DNA of 20,661 nucleotides from positions 1 through 20,661 of the forward strand of contig CAJWLU010000039.1 of the NCBI GenBank assembly GCA_913043225.1, written 5' to 3'. This DNA is from an uncultured Acidobacteriota bacterium. Lineage in GTDB: Bacteria; Acidobacteriota; Vicinamibacteria; Vicinamibacterales; UBA8438. The translations under genes were made by a program, and so were the position numbers. The notes beneath the pieces were generated by a model. That model was not told where the DNA came from. It saw only the letters and a program-made list of their open reading frames with translations, and did not search any database. Shown in pieces: positions 16,677 through 20,661 of the stretch. Each line of letters starts with the position of its first letter. The first letter of the stretch is position 1.

Positions 16677-17861
16677 ATGAGGTCCGCACGCTTACTGTCG
16701 CTCGCGCTACTCCTGTTCCTGACTTCCCCCGCCGTGGCGTCCGCGCAGGATATCGGTGTACCAGTACCTCCCCTTGGGGCCGGTCCCTGGGTCATCGACA
16801 CCGCTGAACAGCACAAGATCCGGATGAGCGTCGTGGCCCGGGGGCTGTCGCACCCCTGGGCGTTGGCGTTTCTCCCCCACGGGGACATGCTGATCACCGA
16901 GCGAGACGGTCGCCTGCGTTGGCTCAGCGCAGGGAAGTTGGACCCCACACCGATTAGCGGTCTCCCGGAGATCCGCACCGACGGTAACGGCGGACTGATG
17001 GATGTGGCGATCCACCCTGACTTTGAGAGTAACGGCCTCCTCTATTTCACCTACACGAAACCGGCCGGGGGCGGTCGTGGGTCTCCCGCGCTGGCTCGGG
17101 CCCGGCTGGATGGTCACCGACTGGTCGAGCTGCGGGATCTGGTGGTGACCGACGCCTACGACGGCAATTCTGGGCTCAACGGTCGGGTTGCCTTCGGCGC
17201 CGACGGCAAGGTCTACATGTCGACCGGCGGACGAGTCGAGAATGTCGCCCAGCAGCCGTCGAGTCTCCGGGGCAAGATCCTCCGCCTCAACGACGATGGT
17301 TCGGTGCCCGACGACAACCCGTTTCTGGATCGGCCCGAATTCCGTCCCGAGATCTACAGCCTGGGTCATCGCAATCAGCTCGGGCTCATGCTGCATCCCG
17401 TGACTGGGGAGCTGTGGAACCACGAGAACGGACCCAACGGCGGAGACGAGATCAACATCATTCTGCCCGGGCGCAACTACGGCTGGCCGGTGGTTAGCTT
17501 CGGCCGGTTGTACCCGGGGTCGCGGGTGTCAGAACATCCGACCAAGGAAGGCATGGAGTCACCGCTCGTGGTCTGGTTGCCAGCGATCGCCGTGGCCGGC
17601 ATGGCGGTGTACACGGGCGACGCGTTCCCCGAGTGGCAAGGGAATGTCTTCGTCGGCTCGTTGCGCGAGGGTGGGATTCCTGGCACCGGACACCTGCAGC
17701 GGATCGTCTTCAACGAGCAGATAGAGGAGATCCGGCGAGAGTCGCTGCTTCGCGAGTTCCGCCAGCGAATCCGCGAGGTGCGTCAGGGGCCGGACGGACT
17801 GCTGTATCTGCTGACCGACGAGGATGACGGTGCGCTGCTCCGGATCGAGCCAGCGCCCTGA
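16677..17861 (+). CDS. PQQ-dependent soluble sugar (glucose/sorbosone) dehydrogenase family protein, YliI-like
   Basis: GGAGGT RBS then ATG at 16677; signal peptide; GLSHPWALAFLP, GKILRLNDDGSVPDDNPF, GHRNQLG, GDEIN, NYGWP, RIREVRQGPDG. Confidence 0.92.
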   Translation: MRSARLLSLALLLFLTSPAVASAQDIGVPVPPLGAGPWVIDTAEQHKIRMSVVARGLSHPWALAFLPHGDMLITERDGRLRWLSAGKLDPTPISGLPEIRTDGNGGLMDVAIHPDFESNGLLYFTYTKPAGGGRGSPALARARLDGHRLVELRDLVVTDAYDGNSGLNGRVAFGADGKVYMSTGGRVENVAQQPSSLRGKILRLNDDGSVPDDNPFLDRPEFRPEIYSLGHRNQLGLMLHPVTGELWNHENGPNGGDEINIILPGRNYGWPVVSFGRLYPGSRVSEHPTKEGMESPLVVWLPAIAVAGMAVYTGDAFPEWQGNVFVGSLREGGIPGTGHLQRIVFNEQIEEIRRESLLREFRQRIREVRQGPDGLLYLLTDEDDGALLRIEPAP

Positions 17862-17876
17862 CAGTGGACGACGAGG

Positions 17877-18755
17877 TCAGTCGTCCAGATCGGACAACCG
17901 AAGACGCGCGGTGACGCGCAAAGCCTGATCGCGGTCCACCGCGCCGACATACCGCAGCAGTTCGGCGGCGGCCTGTCCACCAAGCGCGCCGAGCGCTTCC
18001 ACCGCCAGGCGCCGTACTCTCCGATCGCGATCGTGGATCGCGCCCGTCAGTCCCCGTGCGGCGCGCTCACCACCGAGGCGTCTGAGGGCTAGGATGGCCT
18101 CCACTTGGACTCTGGTCGACGGGTCGCGAAGCGCCAGTTCCAGGAACGGGACCGCGGCGTCGTCGTTCCAGCGCGCGAGCGCGCGAGCGGCTGCCACCCG
18201 CACCACCGGATCGCGGTCACGGAGCCAGGCCAGCGCCGCCTCGGCCCGCTGCTCGGTGTCGTCGCCCTCCAACAGGCGCTGCCACCGCCAGACTCGGTGC
18301 TCGCCTGGAGCGACCCGGACCGGTGGTGGGTCGGGCCGGTGCACCTGTCGTGCCAGTACCTGCTCGACACGCGATAGTGCCCGTGGCGGCGTGGGATAGA
18401 GGTAGAGCTCCGAGATCCGGTCCCGGGCGCGGATCGTCTGGTCAGCTTCTAGTCGCGTGACTATCGCATGGTGCTGGTGGCCCAGCAAGGTCCGCAGAGC
18501 CGGAATCAACGGTTGGCGTCTAAACCGCACCGTGACGGGCGTATCCACCCCCGTCGCGCCCCCGAGCTTGAACCCGGCTTCTCCGGCCACCGTTTTGAGC
18601 AGTGCACCGAGTGGCACGTCATGGGCCGCGATGGTCAGGCCCTCGTCAGTCAGGTGGACCAGCGGCAGTGACTGCCCGCTCGCTGTCGTGGGCAGCAGCG
18701 TGGCTGCCAGCGCCAGGAGACGGGCCGCGTGTCGCGCGTGCGAAACAGAAGTCAT
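17877..18755 (-). CDS. Secreted HEAT-repeat protein with N-terminal STN/secretin-N-like segment
   Basis: Signal peptide; LTIAAHDVPLGALLKTVA...PVTVRFRRQPLIPALRTLL; repeats LRDRDPVVRVAAARAL, LRDPSTRVQVEAILAL, IHDRDRRVRRLAVEAL. Confidence 0.78.
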   Translation of the reverse strand: MTSVSHARHAARLLALAATLLPTTASGQSLPLVHLTDEGLTIAAHDVPLGALLKTVAGEAGFKLGGATGVDTPVTVRFRRQPLIPALRTLLGHQHHAIVTRLEADQTIRARDRISELYLYPTPPRALSRVEQVLARQVHRPDPPPVRVAPGEHRVWRWQRLLEGDDTEQRAEAALAWLRDRDPVVRVAAARALARWNDDAAVPFLELALRDPSTRVQVEAILALRRLGGERAARGLTGAIHDRDRRVRRLAVEALGALGGQAAAELLRYVGAVDRDQALRVTARLRLSDLDD

Positions 18756-18909
18756 GCGTAGCTAGCATCATACCCGTCGAGCAGGGCATCTTTGTCGGCG
18801 TGGTCCAGCAGTCGTGCGTCTCGCCCCCCTGAGCCCTGTTTGCAGCTGTGGTACCCGCATCCTGACATCGTGACCGTTGTCGAGAGTGCGGACGGGTGGC
18901 AAATCCCCT

Positions 18910-19872
18910 ATGCTGCACAGCGAGATGCTGACGACGGGTCTGCTGGCCGGCGGGCTGCTGGCGCTCTACTTCGGTGCGGAGTGGCTAGTACGAGGCAGCT
19001 CCGCGCTCGCCCTTCGGCTCGGGCTGACGCCGCTACTGGTCGGTTTGACCGTGGTGGCTTACGGGACGAGTGCTCCCGAGCTCATCGTCAGTCTCGCCGC
19101 GGCGATGAGCGATCAGTCCGAGATCGCGGTGGGCAACGCCATTGGCTCCAACATCGTCAACATCGGTCTGATCCTCGGGCTAACGGCCGTGCTCTGCCCG
19201 CTCAAGGTCCATCTGCAGGTGCTCAAGCTGGACACCCCGGTGATGGTCACGGCGGCGCTCCTGTTCCTGGCGTTCTTCCGAGACCAGACGATCGGGTGGG
19301 TCGAGTCCTGGGTTTTCGTCCTGCTGCTCATCCTGTACACCGTCTTCAACGTCCGCCTAGCCCGGCGCCAGTGTGATCCAGCCGTCGACCAGGAATACGC
19401 GACTGCGGTCGTCTCTCCCGGACCAAGTTTCCTGTTCTGTTCGATGCTGATCGTGGGTGGGTTGGCCGCCCTAGCCGTCGGCGCGCAAGCGTTCGTCGAG
19501 GGGGCGATCCAGGTGGCGCTGGCGTTCGGCATCACCGAGGGCATCATCGGGCTGACAGTGGTGGCGATCGGCACCAGCCTGCCGGAGCTGATTACCTCGG
19601 CCGTGGCGGCGCTCCGGAAGCAAACGGACATCGCGGTGGGTAATATCGTCGGCTCGACGATCTGTAACATCCTCGCCATTCTCGGGTTCGCCGGGGTGCT
19701 GGCCGGGCCGCTGGTTGGGCCCGGCGTCGCCATCGCTAACGTCGGCATCATGACGGCGTTCCTCGTCGTCATGACCGCCATCGCCTGGACCGGGTTCAAG
19801 CTCGAGCGCTGGGAGGGTGCGCTCTTGCTCGCCGGCTACGGCGCCTATCTCACCTGGCTCTGGCCGACCTGA
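18910..19872 (+). CDS. Ca2+/Na+ (cation) antiporter, YrbG/CaCA family
   Basis: Two alpha repeats: VAYGTSAPE...GNAIGSNIVN and VAIGTSLPE...GNIVGSTICN. Start at 18910 or 18925. Confidence 0.93.
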   Translation: MLHSEMLTTGLLAGGLLALYFGAEWLVRGSSALALRLGLTPLLVGLTVVAYGTSAPELIVSLAAAMSDQSEIAVGNAIGSNIVNIGLILGLTAVLCPLKVHLQVLKLDTPVMVTAALLFLAFFRDQTIGWVESWVFVLLLILYTVFNVRLARRQCDPAVDQEYATAVVSPGPSFLFCSMLIVGGLAALAVGAQAFVEGAIQVALAFGITEGIIGLTVVAIGTSLPELITSAVAALRKQTDIAVGNIVGSTICNILAILGFAGVLAGPLVGPGVAIANVGIMTAFLVVMTAIAWTGFKLERWEGALLLAGYGAYLTWLWPT

Positions 19873-20010
19873 TCTGTCGTGTGGATTGGGGCGAGCTGGC
19901 CGGTCGGACCGTCGTCGGGCAGGGTGGCCAGCCAAATCGGGGTGTCGGCGCCCTCGTCTCGGTTTCGTTCCGCAGCAGGCTGCTAAACGATGAGTCTACC
20001 GCGCGCGTCC

Positions 20011-20056
20011 GGCAGGCCCCGCGGGGCCCTGCCGCGGGGGTTGGGGTGAAGCCCCA
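20011..20056. repeat. Pair of short GC-rich inverted repeats (REP-like)
   Basis: Perfect palindrome GGCCCCGCGGGGCC (20015-20028) inside GGCAGG...CCTGCC, then TGGGG-TGAAG-CCCCA (20042-20056). Confidence 0.4.
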
Positions 20057-20141
20057 TGGGCCCGATGTGTAAAACTGCGTTCCTCGCGGACGTATCAGAA
20101 TGTAGAGGCCGCCCGCTGAGTCGTGGCCTTCGAGGGTCAGC

Positions 20142-20661
20142 ATGTCACAGGCTGCCGAAGACACCCTAAGCTCACCAGCCAAGTGGATCGTCGTCCTGGT
20201 CGTCTTCGCGGCCGCCGTCGGCGGCTACCTCCGGTTCGGCGATTCGCTGTCCCTCGACGCCATCGCGGCCCAGGAGGCGTCGCTCCGCGATTTCCACGCA
20301 GTCAATCCGGTGCTGGTCCATGGTGCTGCCTTCGCCGCCTACGTAGCGGTGACGGGGCTGTCTCTTCCCGGCGCAGCGGTGCTCACGCTGGTCTTCGGCT
20401 GGTACTTTGGTTTCTTCTCGGCGTTGATCATGGTGAGCTTCGCCTCCACCACCGGGGCTTCGCTGTCGTTTCTGCTTAGCCGCTACGTGTTGCGTGCCCC
20501 GATCCAGGAACGGTTCGGCGAGCGGCTGCGTGTCTTCAACGATGCGCTGGCCCGTGACGGCGCCTTCTATCTCTTCACGCTGCGCTTGGTCCCGGCCGTG
20601 CCGTTCTTCGTCATCAATCTGGTCATGGGCCTCACGCCGCTGACGCTCTCAACCTACTGGT
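20142..20661 (+). CDS. TVP38/TMEM64 (VTT-domain, DedA superfamily) membrane protein, runs off the window
   Basis: Not in the ORF track; translated by hand: MSQAAEDT...YVAVTGLSLPGAAVLTL...SFASTTGASLSFLLSRY...DGAFYLFTLRLVPAVPFFVINLVMGLTP. Confidence 0.92.
   Translation, partial: MSQAAEDTLSSPAKWIVVLVVFAAAVGGYLRFGDSLSLDAIAAQEASLRDFHAVNPVLVHGAAFAAYVAVTGLSLPGAAVLTLVFGWYFGFFSALIMVSFASTTGASLSFLLSRYVLRAPIQERFGERLRVFNDALARDGAFYLFTLRLVPAVPFFVINLVMGLTPLTLSTYW

Noticed and set aside
1135..19935. Many long alternative-frame and antisense ORFs (e.g. 4075-4926, 6282-6965, 6871-7827, 16707-17423, 19113-19799)
   Set aside because: They overlap well-supported genes or the tRNA, lack motifs, and are expected shadows in high-GC DNA.
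6350..20661. Integrative element at tRNA-Ser
   Set aside because: No integrase seen and no convincing repeat of the tRNA 3' end. The CCTCCGCCA match at about 6630 is only 9 bp in GC-rich DNA.

Overview
GC-rich bacterial window whose gene content resembles Acidobacteria (Vicinamibacterales-like; inference). Bases 945-6365 are a core block: rsmI, a DUF885 protein, an FmdB-type zinc-ribbon protein, galU, serS and tRNA-Ser(TGA). At about 683-701 two gene 5' ends collide: a truncated egtB on + and a Lys/Ser/Ala-rich gene on -. After the tRNA come a decayed and an intact copy of a secreted hypothetical protein family. The main feature is a 10-gene minus-strand operon (15361->7884): an Mrp/Mnh-type Na+ module (E, F, G, split B, C, D) followed by complex-I-like NuoL and NuoM subunits, with no NuoH and no redox arm in the operon. 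Its NuoL-like subunit has Lys in place of the invariant TM5 Glu and lacks the neighbouring Arg, and its NuoM-like subunit lacks the TM8 Lys. Directly upstream is an uncharacterised secreted Cys-rich di-heme c-type cytochrome, divergent from a PQQ-dependent sugar dehydrogenase. The window ends with a HEAT-repeat protein, a YrbG-like Ca2+/Na+ antiporter and a TVP38/VTT membrane protein that runs off the edge. All family calls come from motif recognition by eye; no database search was run.
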